From the IMG/VR virus record IMGVR_UViG_3300010400_000004, positions 1-64,000 of that record: a stretch of DNA of 64,000 nucleotides. The stretch is one strand, 5' to 3'. The notes below the pieces were generated by a model, which had not been told where the DNA came from, searched no databases, and saw only the letters and a list, made by a program, of their open reading frames with translations. The position numbers were made by a program, and so were the translations under genes. Within the stretch, counting starts at the first letter, position 1, and the number at the start of each line of letters is the position of its first letter. Shown here one piece after another: positions 1-9,589 of this stretch. This DNA comes from a virus.

Positions 1-834
1 AATCCCCCGCCTCCTGAAGAATTTGAAAGCGAGATTTGGCGTAGCATAAATGGCGGAGCATTTTCGTTGCTGACGACCATCAGCAGCACTTCTCCTGATA
101 ACCCTACAATTCTGATGGGAATCGACTCGGTTTTGGGAGGGATAAAACTTCATTGGGCATCCAACGATTACACCGATACCACGGGCGGAATGGCAGCAGG
201 TGATATATGGTGTTACAAAGTCCGAAGAAGTTCCCCCACGGTCGGAAACTTTTCAGTGGAAGCGTGTGCAGTGAGGGATCAGTTTTTCCCCTTCAATACA
301 GGAACTACAGTTATTCACCCGACATGGCAGCTTGCTTTCGGAGATTTCCAGCCCTCCGATAATGTCGATGTTACGGACATAGATTTATCAGGACTCCGAG
401 CTGTGATCGGAGGGACTCTTGCTCTCGATTCTTTGTTGGTAATAAATACTCTCAATTTGAGTAACTTGATACTCGTAACAGGCAGCTTCCATTTATCGTT
501 AGCAGACCTCTCCAGCGGCACCTTGACCGTATTGTCTCTCCCATCATTGGTCAATATAAACGGAGATTTTTTCTGCGACAACACCACTTTCGTTTCGGTC
601 TCAATTCCGAACCTCATTATGCACAACGGCGGAACATACGCCTTCGATTCAGGCGCACTCGATATTTCTTCCGTCCAAGGAGTTATTGCGAGAGGAAATG
701 CCTCGGGGGTAACTTCAGCGACGATTTTTCTCGATGGCGGAACAAATGCTGGTTTTTCATCACTGTCCATACAGGGACAAGTCGGCTACGCAGCATTAGT
801 TACCGCAGGAAACACGATGAGTATCAATCCATGA
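1..834 (+). CDS. Virion protein with FN3-like and L-domain/LRR-like repeats (5' truncated), paralog of 7097-8356
   Basis: Frame is open from base 1 (NPPPPEEFESEIWRSINGG). Shares EIWRSI.GG, WCYKVR, PTWQ.AFGD and IFLD.GTNAG.SSLS..GQ..YA.LV..GNT.S.NP with 7097-8356; LxLxxLxxI repeats. Confidence 0.65.
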   Translation, partial: NPPPPEEFESEIWRSINGGAFSLLTTISSTSPDNPTILMGIDSVLGGIKLHWASNDYTDTTGGMAAGDIWCYKVRRSSPTVGNFSVEACAVRDQFFPFNTGTTVIHPTWQLAFGDFQPSDNVDVTDIDLSGLRAVIGGTLALDSLLVINTLNLSNLILVTGSFHLSLADLSSGTLTVLSLPSLVNINGDFFCDNTTFVSVSIPNLIMHNGGTYAFDSGALDISSVQGVIARGNASGVTSATIFLDGGTNAGFSSLSIQGQVGYAALVTAGNTMSINP

Positions 835-1019
835 AAGACGATGTTTTTAAAATAATGGCTCTGTCATCGGTAAACTTGAGTTTGTCATCTTTGTCTTCCT
901 GGGTGAGAGACATTGAACCTATTTTGAGAAACGCCACTTCTCTGGCTCAACTGGCTGTTGCAATTATTACCGTTGTTTTCATTTTCAAAAAGATCAAACA
1001 ACTTGATAAGAAAAAATGA
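831..1019 (+). CDS. Small membrane protein, holin candidate
   Basis: 62 aa, hydrophobic helix LAQLAVAIITVVFIF, basic C-tail, ATGA-coupled to a lipoprotein gene. Confidence 0.5.
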   Translation: MKDDVFKIMALSSVNLSLSSLSSWVRDIEPILRNATSLAQLAVAIITVVFIFKKIKQLDKKK

Positions 1020-1753
1020 AAAAAATTTGTCAGACCATTTTAGTTGTTTTTCTGACAACTGGATGCAGCAGCCTTTTCCCAAAAAAGGTGGAATTCGGAC
1101 AGGACAAAGTTGAAAAATTCCCAAGTCACCCAAAACAACAACTCGAAGCGGAGAGACAAGCTGTTTCACTCGCCGCAACGAAGGCTCGCGAGGCGGAACG
1201 AATCGCAACAGATGACAACAGCGAAGCCGCAAAACCAGCCGGTGAAGCCGCCTCACTTTCGGAATCCGTTGGCCGAGCATTGGGTCCACCTTCTGACCCG
1301 TGGTCTGGAGAGGTAAAAAAACTGACAGAAAGGCTTGATCGGCTCACCAATAGATATGGGAAACTTTTGGAGGATTTTCAAAAGCAGAACGACGAGAACG
1401 TTGGTAAAAAAATCGAAGATACGGGTTGGTTTAAAATTCCGTATTTCCTATATTTGGGAATTATAGGAGTCATTGCCTTTGTTGTATGGACAGTTCTGAA
1501 AACCGTTGCAAGTGTGGCCGCAGCCGGGAACCCGGGTGTGGCGGTGGGATTGAAAGTGGCCCAAGTGGGGGGTCGAGTATTATCCAGGGGGTTTTCTCAA
1601 GTTTTGAAAGGCGGAGAGGACTTCAAAAATTGGCTGAAAAGAGAAGTCCCCGACGAAGGATTGAAAACGAAAATACTAGAGGCGTTTAAACAGCACCACA
1701 CACAGGCTCAGGATGAGGATGTCCAGACTCTCGTGAAGGAAATTACAAAATGA
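1016..1753 (+). CDS. Lipoprotein with internal TM helix, spanin candidate
   Basis: Signal peptide with lipobox LTTG-C, about 120 aa helical region, then TM YFLYLGIIGVIAFVVWTVL. Confidence 0.55.
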   Translation: MKKICQTILVVFLTTGCSSLFPKKVEFGQDKVEKFPSHPKQQLEAERQAVSLAATKAREAERIATDDNSEAAKPAGEAASLSESVGRALGPPSDPWSGEVKKLTERLDRLTNRYGKLLEDFQKQNDENVGKKIEDTGWFKIPYFLYLGIIGVIAFVVWTVLKTVASVAAAGNPGVAVGLKVAQVGGRVLSRGFSQVLKGGEDFKNWLKREVPDEGLKTKILEAFKQHHTQAQDEDVQTLVKEITK

Positions 1754-2202
1754 CCGCTAGAAAAAAGGCTTACATGTTGGAGTATAACCAACAACCTGAG
1801 AACCGAGAGAGAGCTAGGGTTCGCAACAGAAAGTGGGCTTCTCTTCCGGAAAACAGAGAAAAACTCAGGATACTTATGTCACAGTGGTTGAAGAAACCTG
1901 AGAATAGACTCGCATCTAATCTGAGGTGCCGTATTCGACAAGCCTTGGTTCGGAATTCAAAAACAGATTCTACAAAAGAACTGGTGGGGTGTAGTTTTTC
2001 AAAACTCAAAGAGTGGTTGGAATTTTGGATGAAACCCGGCATGACTTGGGAGAATTATGGAGATTGGCATGTCGATCATAAAAAACCATGTGCCTCTTTC
2101 GATTTATCTAAACCCGAGGAACAAAAGCGGTGTTTTCATTATACGAATCTTGAGCCGCTTTGGGCTAAAGACAATCTTAGTAAAGGAGCGAGAATTTTGT
2201 GA
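1750..2202 (+). CDS. Free-standing HNH homing endonuclease
   Basis: MTWENYG.WHVDHKKPC...CFHYTNLEPLWAKDNLSKG motif. Confidence 0.85.
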   Translation: MTARKKAYMLEYNQQPENRERARVRNRKWASLPENREKLRILMSQWLKKPENRLASNLRCRIRQALVRNSKTDSTKELVGCSFSKLKEWLEFWMKPGMTWENYGDWHVDHKKPCASFDLSKPEEQKRCFHYTNLEPLWAKDNLSKGARIL

Positions 2203-2768
2203 GCAACTGTAATTCATTCAACGTGCCGAGCGGTTGTTCGAACAATCCGTGCGCGATAACGCAGCACAATACGGCTGCTTGCGAATCGCTTCCGTCGCAG
2301 ATTAGCAATTTCACCCTCCAATTTTTCGGCACGGTGGTAAAAACGGAGATCGACGGAGTTGTGAGCTGGTCTTTGCCCTGTAATCTCGACACAGGACTGC
2401 CAAATAACCCCCGGGGAGCCGATGAAGGGCTGGCCTGTTATTTTCTTCGCCTGTTCCAAGACGGAATCGTGGGTTTGACCGGTCCCCAAGGTGCCCAAGG
2501 ATGCCCTGGCAAGGACGGTTTTAACGCTTACACCGTCACTTTGCAGGCTTTCACTCAACCAACGGCGGAAAGCCCCACCTTGACCCTCCTGACGCAGTTT
2601 TCGCCCGTTATTGTCACCGGTCTGAATGTTTTCATCCAGGGTTCGGGTTATTACCAAGTAACCGGTGCGAATTCGTCTGGATTGGTGTTTTTGACGCTCA
2701 TCCGACCGGTTTCCGGAGCTTCAGGCACCATTTCAGCGGGAAAAATCGTCGTTCCTACTGGCCCTTAA
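2199..2768 (+). CDS. Virion structural protein with short collagen-like segment
   Basis: Cys-rich N-terminus, GLTGPQGAQGCPGKDG, beta-rich C-terminus, late-gene context. Confidence 0.55.
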   Translation: MSNCNSFNVPSGCSNNPCAITQHNTAACESLPSQISNFTLQFFGTVVKTEIDGVVSWSLPCNLDTGLPNNPRGADEGLACYFLRLFQDGIVGLTGPQGAQGCPGKDGFNAYTVTLQAFTQPTAESPTLTLLTQFSPVIVTGLNVFIQGSGYYQVTGANSSGLVFLTLIRPVSGASGTISAGKIVVPTGP

Positions 2769-2769
2769 T

Positions 2770-3117
2770 ATGTTAGACTGCATTGACGCCTTCAAAACTG
2801 GAGAATGCGGCTGCGGTTGTGGCTGCATACCCTGTTTAAACAACAGACCGCCACTCGGTCCGGAATGCCGTGCTTTGCCCGCCCCGGTTCCCGTTCGCGA
2901 CAATAAAGGCGATTGCGTGCCGGTCCTGCATGACCAACACCACCTAGTTGTCCACAATTGCAAACGCCCGAGGGGTGGCGACATGACGATTCGTGCGCCT
3001 GGATATTTTCTGACGATCGAAAATCCGGCAGATGATGTGGAGCGAAACTCAGACGGTTCGCCGGTAATTGTTGATGGAAAAGTCGTAGCGAAAAATACAC
3101 AACCCGAACACTGTTGA
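2770..3117 (+). CDS. Hypothetical Cys-rich protein
   Basis: 115-aa ORF tightly packed in the operon; ECGCGCGCIPC. Confidence 0.5.
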   Translation: MLDCIDAFKTGECGCGCGCIPCLNNRPPLGPECRALPAPVPVRDNKGDCVPVLHDQHHLVVHNCKRPRGGDMTIRAPGYFLTIENPADDVERNSDGSPVIVDGKVVAKNTQPEHC

Positions 3118-3119
3118 AT

Positions 3120-3473
3120 ATGGCAAAAATGAATCTTGATCTTGAGGGAGCGCAACGGGAATACGCAGATGGTGGAATTCTGATCGGTCCGGGGGGCGAA
3201 AAACAGGATTACCCTCAATTTACGTATTTTCACGATGAACCGTTCGACGGTCCTGAAGAGGGGACGATGGTTATTCGTTACTGCAAGGTGAAATCAGACG
3301 ATGATACTCGACGGCCCGCCGACAAGCAATACAGTTGCACGATCGGTGTTGAAGAAATCGTTAGTGTTAAGGCGGTGAAATCCGAAGCACCAGCCACTCG
3401 CGACAAAAGCGCGGAGGAAGCACTCGATGCTTTGGCAGAGGAGAAATCGAAAACGAACGAAAGCGAGTATTGA
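3120..3473 (+). CDS. Hypothetical acidic protein
   Basis: ORF fills the gap between neighbours. Confidence 0.55.
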   Translation: MAKMNLDLEGAQREYADGGILIGPGGEKQDYPQFTYFHDEPFDGPEEGTMVIRYCKVKSDDDTRRPADKQYSCTIGVEEIVSVKAVKSEAPATRDKSAEEALDALAEEKSKTNESEY

Positions 3474-4475
3474 TTGTTCAGAATCGATGACATTTACGAC
3501 GAAGCAAAAAAGATCATCGGACAATGCGATGATCTGAAATTTTTTCGTTGGTGTGGTGATGTAGTCACCATTATTGCGAACAAGGCGGATTTCGAAGGTT
3601 GGAAAGGCTGGATCGATATTTGCACTGCCGGATGCTCTTGCTCCAGCGGTCAGAATTGCAGCCTGGGCGCGTGCTGTGGAAAAAAGTGCGTGACTCTCCC
3701 GCGTGAAGTAAGCACTGTCATTGCGGCGAACATTGGCGGTCAACCCGCTCTTGGATTCGGACAACTTTTCAATTTTCATCTTAACGGTCCCGGCGACTGC
3801 CGACAATCTTGTGAATGGTCCTGGCAGGACCAAGGCAACTGGCATGTAACATATCGTGACTTGATTACACCGGCTGAGCTTGTCGTGCATCTCCAAAATC
3901 CGGAAGACAACAACAAGCAATTCATTATCTATGGATACGACGCAGCGGGAAATAAGTTACGAAGAGAAAGCGGTGGTCAATGGGTTGATGGACTTTTGCT
4001 TCCAACCGTGTATGGTTATGCCATCCCCAGCACACCAGCGGTGTTTGTATCTCGGATTACAGGACTATATAAAGAGCCATCTGCGGGGTCAATGCGTCTC
4101 GCTACAACAGACAGTAACGGCAAGAGCGGTGTCAATCTCTCAGTTCTGGAGCCTGACGAAACCTTGCCCCAGCTCCGAAGAATAATTTTGAATCGCTCGT
4201 GCAATTGGGTGAGGGTCGCATACATCAAATCGACCCCCACTTTCGATAGTAGGTTCGATCACGTTCCGCTCAATAGTCGAGTAGGATTTTTGATCGGCAT
4301 GCAAGCACGTAAATCTTATGCTGCGCTCGATTTTGCTAGTGCTCACTCGTGCGAAGCCGATGCTGCCCGACTGGAGCTTGAGGCGCAGATGAAGCTTGAG
4401 CCGCCGACTTACACCCCGATCCAAGTTATCGATCGCAATAACCTTCGCGACAAAAGTGACTATCGGATTGACTAA
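3474..4475 (+). CDS. Putative head-tail adaptor / tail tubular protein A-like
   Basis: 333 aa, helical N- and C-termini, immediately upstream of the nozzle-like gene; positional inference. Confidence 0.5.
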   Translation: MFRIDDIYDEAKKIIGQCDDLKFFRWCGDVVTIIANKADFEGWKGWIDICTAGCSCSSGQNCSLGACCGKKCVTLPREVSTVIAANIGGQPALGFGQLFNFHLNGPGDCRQSCEWSWQDQGNWHVTYRDLITPAELVVHLQNPEDNNKQFIIYGYDAAGNKLRRESGGQWVDGLLLPTVYGYAIPSTPAVFVSRITGLYKEPSAGSMRLATTDSNGKSGVNLSVLEPDETLPQLRRIILNRSCNWVRVAYIKSTPTFDSRFDHVPLNSRVGFLIGMQARKSYAALDFASAHSCEADAARLELEAQMKLEPPTYTPIQVIDRNNLRDKSDYRID

Positions 4476-6481
4476 TGGCTGTTCCACAATTACTCGATTT
4501 CGATTCGTCGTTCATCGCTGGAAGCAATTCCAGCGTTGATCCGTCGCAATTACAGCGCGGTCAGTTCTGGTCTGGTATCAACGTGATTAACATGAGCGGC
4601 GTGATTTCCTGCCGCCCAGGTCATCGTTGCTTATTCAAAATGCCGAAGGGCAACCTTCAAGGCGCGGCTATTTTTCGTCCGAATGTTGGCCTAGAGCAAA
4701 TCATTTTCGCAGTCGAGGGCAAGGTCTATGTCACCACATGGCCTTTCAAGGAATTCCATCAAATCGAAAACATCCAGTTCCTTCCGTCAGCGAAGCAAGT
4801 ATTTTTCTGTCAGACTATACAATCAGCTCGCAGAATCGTTCCCGGTGACGTGACTTCTCCGATCGAGTTAATCCTACCTCGTGCTGTTATGATCCTTCAG
4901 GACGGGGGCTTCACGGCACCCGCCTTTTATGACGGATCGATGTCTGGACATATCAAAGGTCTGCCTTTTCAAACCCCAATCGGAGGGCCGATGCAATGGG
5001 TCGGGGATCGTCTGTGGGTCGCTTACGGAGCACAAGTTTTCGCCAGTGACATCGCGAATCCCTTTTCATTTGTTGAACAGGTTTATCTGGGCGGCACATC
5101 GAGTTTCATTTTCAGCCGAGAGGTAACTGCGATGTCAAAAACTCCCAGCATAGAATTCCCTCAACTACTCGTTTATACCGATGATGACACCTCGCTTATT
5201 CAGGCCGATATTCGGGATCGGAATTTGTGGCTTACGACGATTGGCTTTCAGAAAGAGATTTTGCAAGTGGGTTGTTCGAGCAATCGCGCAGTCACTTCTG
5301 AAGCGGGTAGGCTCAGTTGGTGGTCGAGCGCGGGATTAGTAGTTTTCGACCCAGCGACGAGCAGAGGTTGGACGAGTCGGACTCCGATTCGCGACAACGA
5401 AATGTTGATCTCGAAAAAATTTCTGAAGGACGATCTTAGCCTAGTCGCGATGGGTGCTTTCGGGCAGTGGTTGCTAATTTCCGTTCCGGCAGAGGACACT
5501 TTCAATCGTTCAACGTGGGTTTTCAACAACGCAAGTTTCGAAACGGTCAGTGACGAGGGCGGTCCCACATGGAGCGGGACGTGGACAGGAACCCGACCGG
5601 TGGAGTGGGTATATGGAGTTATCGCAGGTGCGGAAAGAATTTTTCATGTTAGCGCCGACCGAGATGGAGAAAATCGTTTGTGGCAATCTTTTACCCCCGA
5701 TCGATTAGACAACAATTGTCCGATCGAGTGGGCTGTTTTTACTCGTAACTATTTTGGAATTTCGTCTAACGCTAACAAACCCCCGGGGGTTCAGTGCCGT
5801 TATACTTTTGCTGATATTGCTTTTACCGCAATAGAAGAATCGACTGACATAGGAGTTTTTTGTGCCCCCGGGGTCCGGGGAGCTTACAAACCCATTTCCA
5901 CCCGACAAATATCAGTAGAGAAAGGTTCATTATCATTCGACAGAGATATTACGATGAATGATGATCTGTTTGCTTACAAACCCCAATCCAGAATTCTGCG
6001 AACCGAAGATTTATCACAACAAAATCCAGACATTGAATCCGGTAGTTGTCCAGTTGAATCTAATCTAAATGATGACAATGAGGAATCTTTCGGACTCCTA
6101 ATTGTCGGTCACGGACCGGCAACCCTCCGATGGATTCGCAGTTTCGCAACAGAGGCACCCGAGGAAGATTTTGCAGGAAGTGCGAAGGCTTGTGAGAACG
6201 AGGAAGCCTTTAACGCCACTCGATTTGACGGAGAAAGTGTTTTCGATACGAATGCAGACGACGCGGAAGAACTGCTATCTGCGAAAGTGCTAAGAATTTT
6301 TTCTGCTACAGAAACAGTGTCTTTGACACAAAGCGGTATTTCCGCTGTTGGTGTTGGACATGCAACTTCGATTGTTTCTCAAGACGCAGCAGATCGAGTT
6401 GCCCAGCGAATCGCACAACGCGCAGCAGAAATTGAGATCGAGGCTTTTAGTCCTCCGTTTTTCTCGCTAGGCTTGCAATGA
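4475..6481 (+). CDS. Putative tail nozzle / tail tubular protein B (P22 gp10/T7 gp12-like)
   Basis: 668 aa, beta-propeller-like content (GDRLWVA, VFASDI, WSGTWTG), N-terminal F..G.NS..DP pattern; podovirus gene order. Confidence 0.6.
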   Translation: MAVPQLLDFDSSFIAGSNSSVDPSQLQRGQFWSGINVINMSGVISCRPGHRCLFKMPKGNLQGAAIFRPNVGLEQIIFAVEGKVYVTTWPFKEFHQIENIQFLPSAKQVFFCQTIQSARRIVPGDVTSPIELILPRAVMILQDGGFTAPAFYDGSMSGHIKGLPFQTPIGGPMQWVGDRLWVAYGAQVFASDIANPFSFVEQVYLGGTSSFIFSREVTAMSKTPSIEFPQLLVYTDDDTSLIQADIRDRNLWLTTIGFQKEILQVGCSSNRAVTSEAGRLSWWSSAGLVVFDPATSRGWTSRTPIRDNEMLISKKFLKDDLSLVAMGAFGQWLLISVPAEDTFNRSTWVFNNASFETVSDEGGPTWSGTWTGTRPVEWVYGVIAGAERIFHVSADRDGENRLWQSFTPDRLDNNCPIEWAVFTRNYFGISSNANKPPGVQCRYTFADIAFTAIEESTDIGVFCAPGVRGAYKPISTRQISVEKGSLSFDRDITMNDDLFAYKPQSRILRTEDLSQQNPDIESGSCPVESNLNDDNEESFGLLIVGHGPATLRWIRSFATEAPEEDFAGSAKACENEEAFNATRFDGESVFDTNADDAEELLSAKVLRIFSATETVSLTQSGISAVGVGHATSIVSQDAADRVAQRIAQRAAEIEIEAFSPPFFSLGLQ

Positions 6482-7104
6482 AAAACTTTGTTTTATATAG
6501 TTTGTCTAAACCCGGGGAAGAAGCCCGTTACATCGGTATAACTAGCCAACCCCTGAAAAATAGACTGCACAATCATTTGTTTAGAAAAGACGGGAGTCAT
6601 CACAAAACAGCTTGGATAGAGAAAATGAAACGGGAAGGATTTAAGCCCCTAATAATTCCGCTGTGTGTTGGGTTGTCTAAGGAAGAAGCGTGTGAGCTGG
6701 AGATTAACACAATCTCCACACTTCGAAAGCTTGGGATTGATTTAGTTAACCTTACTGACGGCGGAGATTGTGGTCCGGGAGGACTCCATACAGATGTCAC
6801 GAAGAAAAGGCTGTCTGCGTTAAACTCTGGAAAACGTCACACCCCTGAATCTCGTAGGAAAATATCGGAGGCTCTAAAAGGAAGAGTATTTTCTGAAGAG
6901 TTACGAAAGAAGATTTCTGAAGCTAGAAAAGGGAAGGGACTCGGACCTCTATCTTTAGAAACACGTAAAAAACTTTCTAAAGTTCTTACTGGTAGAAAAA
7001 TGTCTTCAGCTACAATAGAGAAGATGAGGGCTTCGAAAAAACTTCGAGACGAAGAGAGACGACAAGAAAGCATGTTAGCAGAAATGTGGGGGTCTCGTGG
7101 ATAG
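6478..7104 (+). CDS. GIY-YIG homing endonuclease with NUMOD3 repeats
   Basis: VLY...RYIGIT..L..RL..H, NLTDGGD, repeated H(T/S)PE(S/T)RRK(I/L)S. Confidence 0.9.
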   Translation: MKNFVLYSLSKPGEEARYIGITSQPLKNRLHNHLFRKDGSHHKTAWIEKMKREGFKPLIIPLCVGLSKEEACELEINTISTLRKLGIDLVNLTDGGDCGPGGLHTDVTKKRLSALNSGKRHTPESRRKISEALKGRVFSEELRKKISEARKGKGLGPLSLETRKKLSKVLTGRKMSSATIEKMRASKKLRDEERRQESMLAEMWGSRG

Positions 7105-8356
7105 TCTAATCGATCTCATCTGGCTCAGAATTCCGCCACTGGACTACATTTGCCCCGCACTCTGTCCTTTCATATTCAGCGGTAGCAGCAGCGGAAGTTT
7201 TGTTTTCGTTGACCACCCGTCGCCCTGCAAGATTACCGGACTACGGATCGAAGGCGACATACTTTTTTGGGACTTACTGACTGTCGATACCGTTTGCGGA
7301 GACCGAACATGTGATCCCCGTATTCCCGCGCTCTGTTACAACGTGTATCATGCGCCCCTCGGTTCTGAGACATACACGGTTATCGCGGAATGTATTCAGG
7401 GCGACGGCGGATTCGTCATCGGAGACCTAGAAGGATGTTTTCGTGTCACAGGAATCACTACCGAAGGTGAGTGTGATCTGAGTGATCCGGTTTGCCGTGG
7501 CGTTGTTCCACCCCCCGTTCCAGAAACACCGGAATTATTGCTTTCAACCGATTCTATAGTTGACGACATTGTTGTCGAATGGACGGTATCAGAATTGCCC
7601 GACGATTTTGAGGTGTGGAGAAGTATTGACGGGGGTTCCTTTATATTTATCGGGGAAACTACTACTACAATCTTTCACGACACCGATTCAATCGGCGCAG
7701 GCGAAGTTTGGTGTTACAAGGTCCGGGGAAAAACTGCGGGAATAACAGGCGATTTCTCGAATGAAGGGTGCGCGGTAAAGGACAAAATCTATCTCGGGAC
7801 AGGCGCGGTAAGTTATCCGACTTGGCAAATAGCCTTCGGTGATTTACAATCAGACGACATTACTCTGGTTACTTCAGCCGATTTTTCCGGATTGCGTTGC
7901 GTAAAAGCGGCAGCTATCGGGACGGGTTCGCTATTTTTCGACGCTGGGTTTATTCTAACGTCTGTCAATCTCGACAACTTGATTTTTGTCGAGCGAGACC
8001 TGCATTTTTCGGTGTGCAGCATTATTACAGACATCGGTCTTCCCAAACTTGAGAGACTCGGGAACATAAGCGGTTCGAATCACGGTAATTTGTTTGCCGA
8101 CCAATGCACTGCATTAACGAACTTTTCTTTCCCGGTTTTTATCATGCGAGATTGGAACTTCGCTTTCGATCAGGATAATCTGAGTGCCACAAGTGTTGAA
8201 CATATTCTTGCCCGTGGCGTGGCTTCTCCTATTACCAGTGCTCAAATATTCTTAGATAACGGGACAAACGCCGGTCTGTCTTCCTTATCGGCCCAAGGTC
8301 AAGCTGATTACGCTACCCTTGTCGGGGAAGGAAATACAGTCAGCACAAATCCCTAA
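7097..8356 (+). CDS. Virion protein: Cys-rich N-domain, FN3-like domain, L-domain/LRR-like C-terminus
   Basis: FEVWRSIDGG...WCYKVRG...G.FSN FN3 pattern; C-terminal paralogy with 1-834 and 55391-56551. Confidence 0.65.
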   Translation: MDSLIDLIWLRIPPLDYICPALCPFIFSGSSSGSFVFVDHPSPCKITGLRIEGDILFWDLLTVDTVCGDRTCDPRIPALCYNVYHAPLGSETYTVIAECIQGDGGFVIGDLEGCFRVTGITTEGECDLSDPVCRGVVPPPVPETPELLLSTDSIVDDIVVEWTVSELPDDFEVWRSIDGGSFIFIGETTTTIFHDTDSIGAGEVWCYKVRGKTAGITGDFSNEGCAVKDKIYLGTGAVSYPTWQIAFGDLQSDDITLVTSADFSGLRCVKAAAIGTGSLFFDAGFILTSVNLDNLIFVERDLHFSVCSIITDIGLPKLERLGNISGSNHGNLFADQCTALTNFSFPVFIMRDWNFAFDQDNLSATSVEHILARGVASPITSAQIFLDNGTNAGLSSLSAQGQADYATLVGEGNTVSTNP

Positions 8357-8374
8357 CTCGGAGCACTCTTTAAC

Positions 8375-9589
8375 GTGGCATTACAAAATACAAACCTGAT
8401 CATCCAGGGGGCACAACTCCCAGCGGCTTTTCGTGGAAAGCCGAATGATTTCTTCCAGGCGATTCTGGAGAGAATGAAAATCGTTTCGCCCTTCGGAACG
8501 AGCTTTATTGTCGTTGGTGATGTCGAACCGACAAGTAATCAGGGACCGTGGCTGAAGGGCGGAACCCAATGGTATGTTTATGATACCAACCTCAAACGAT
8601 ACGTGCCCCTCGACATTTCGGCCTCAGATACCGAATGGTATCAAGTCGGATCGACAACCCCAGCAACGACTACACCCCCGCTTTGGCTCAAGACATCTTC
8701 GGGGGTGACAATAGACGAACCAACTCCGGGGACTCCAGTTGCTTGGTATTTGCACGACGGCACGAACTGGATTCAATTCCCGGTTTTGATTCCCGACAGA
8801 GCGGTAACACGAGAGCAACTTTTCTGGACGGCGAATTATTTCGGCACCGCTTCAGGGACCGACAACTATTCGTTGACCTTTTCCCCAGGAACGAATTTTA
8901 CTCTTGGTGACGGCAGCAGCACTACCTTTGCCTTTTATGTAAGGTTTGCCAATGCGAACACAGGTGCAGTTACGCTCAACGTGAACGGTTCCGGTGCAAA
9001 GCCAGTAAAAAAATTCTCCAATGAGGCTGTCTTCGCCGGGGAAATCGAAGCTGGCGCAATTCATTTGCTCACTTTCGATGGAACGAATTTTCAAATCCTC
9101 AGTGCTCTTTCTACAATCGTGGCTGGTGTAATTCTTCAGGTCAAAACCACGACAGATACCACGATCGACACAACGGCCCTTGGTTTTCCATACGATAACA
9201 CGGTCCCGCAAATTACAGAGGGCGCACCGATTAACGGTCTCGACACTTCGTTTACCGCGATGCGTGCGACATCACAATTGATTGTGGATGTAAGTTTGCC
9301 GGTCGCGATTGCGGGTGCGAATGACGTTGTTGTTATCGCTTTATTCAGAGATAACGAATTGGATGCCTTGGCCGCTACTGGCGTATCGCTTGATCTAACC
9401 GCCGTGCAAAATCCGGGTATTCTTCGGGCAATTTTCGATGTCAACGACGCGATGCCTCATGTTTACAAGGTTCGTTTTGGAGTTTCTGGTGGTGGCGGAA
9501 CTGCTTCGACTAACTCAACCAGCGGTGGAACCGCTGTTTGGGGCGGTGTGCTGACTTCATCGGTAGTTATTACGGAGGTGTCGCAATGA
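8375..9589 (+). CDS. Tail fibre protein 1
   Basis: ANTGAVTLNVNG.GAKPVKK...GEI.AG....L.FDGTNFQ fibre motif; N-terminal ~245 aa paralogous to the next gene. Confidence 0.75.
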   Translation: MALQNTNLIIQGAQLPAAFRGKPNDFFQAILERMKIVSPFGTSFIVVGDVEPTSNQGPWLKGGTQWYVYDTNLKRYVPLDISASDTEWYQVGSTTPATTTPPLWLKTSSGVTIDEPTPGTPVAWYLHDGTNWIQFPVLIPDRAVTREQLFWTANYFGTASGTDNYSLTFSPGTNFTLGDGSSTTFAFYVRFANANTGAVTLNVNGSGAKPVKKFSNEAVFAGEIEAGAIHLLTFDGTNFQILSALSTIVAGVILQVKTTTDTTIDTTALGFPYDNTVPQITEGAPINGLDTSFTAMRATSQLIVDVSLPVAIAGANDVVVIALFRDNELDALAATGVSLDLTAVQNPGILRAIFDVNDAMPHVYKVRFGVSGGGGTASTNSTSGGTAVWGGVLTSSVVITEVSQ

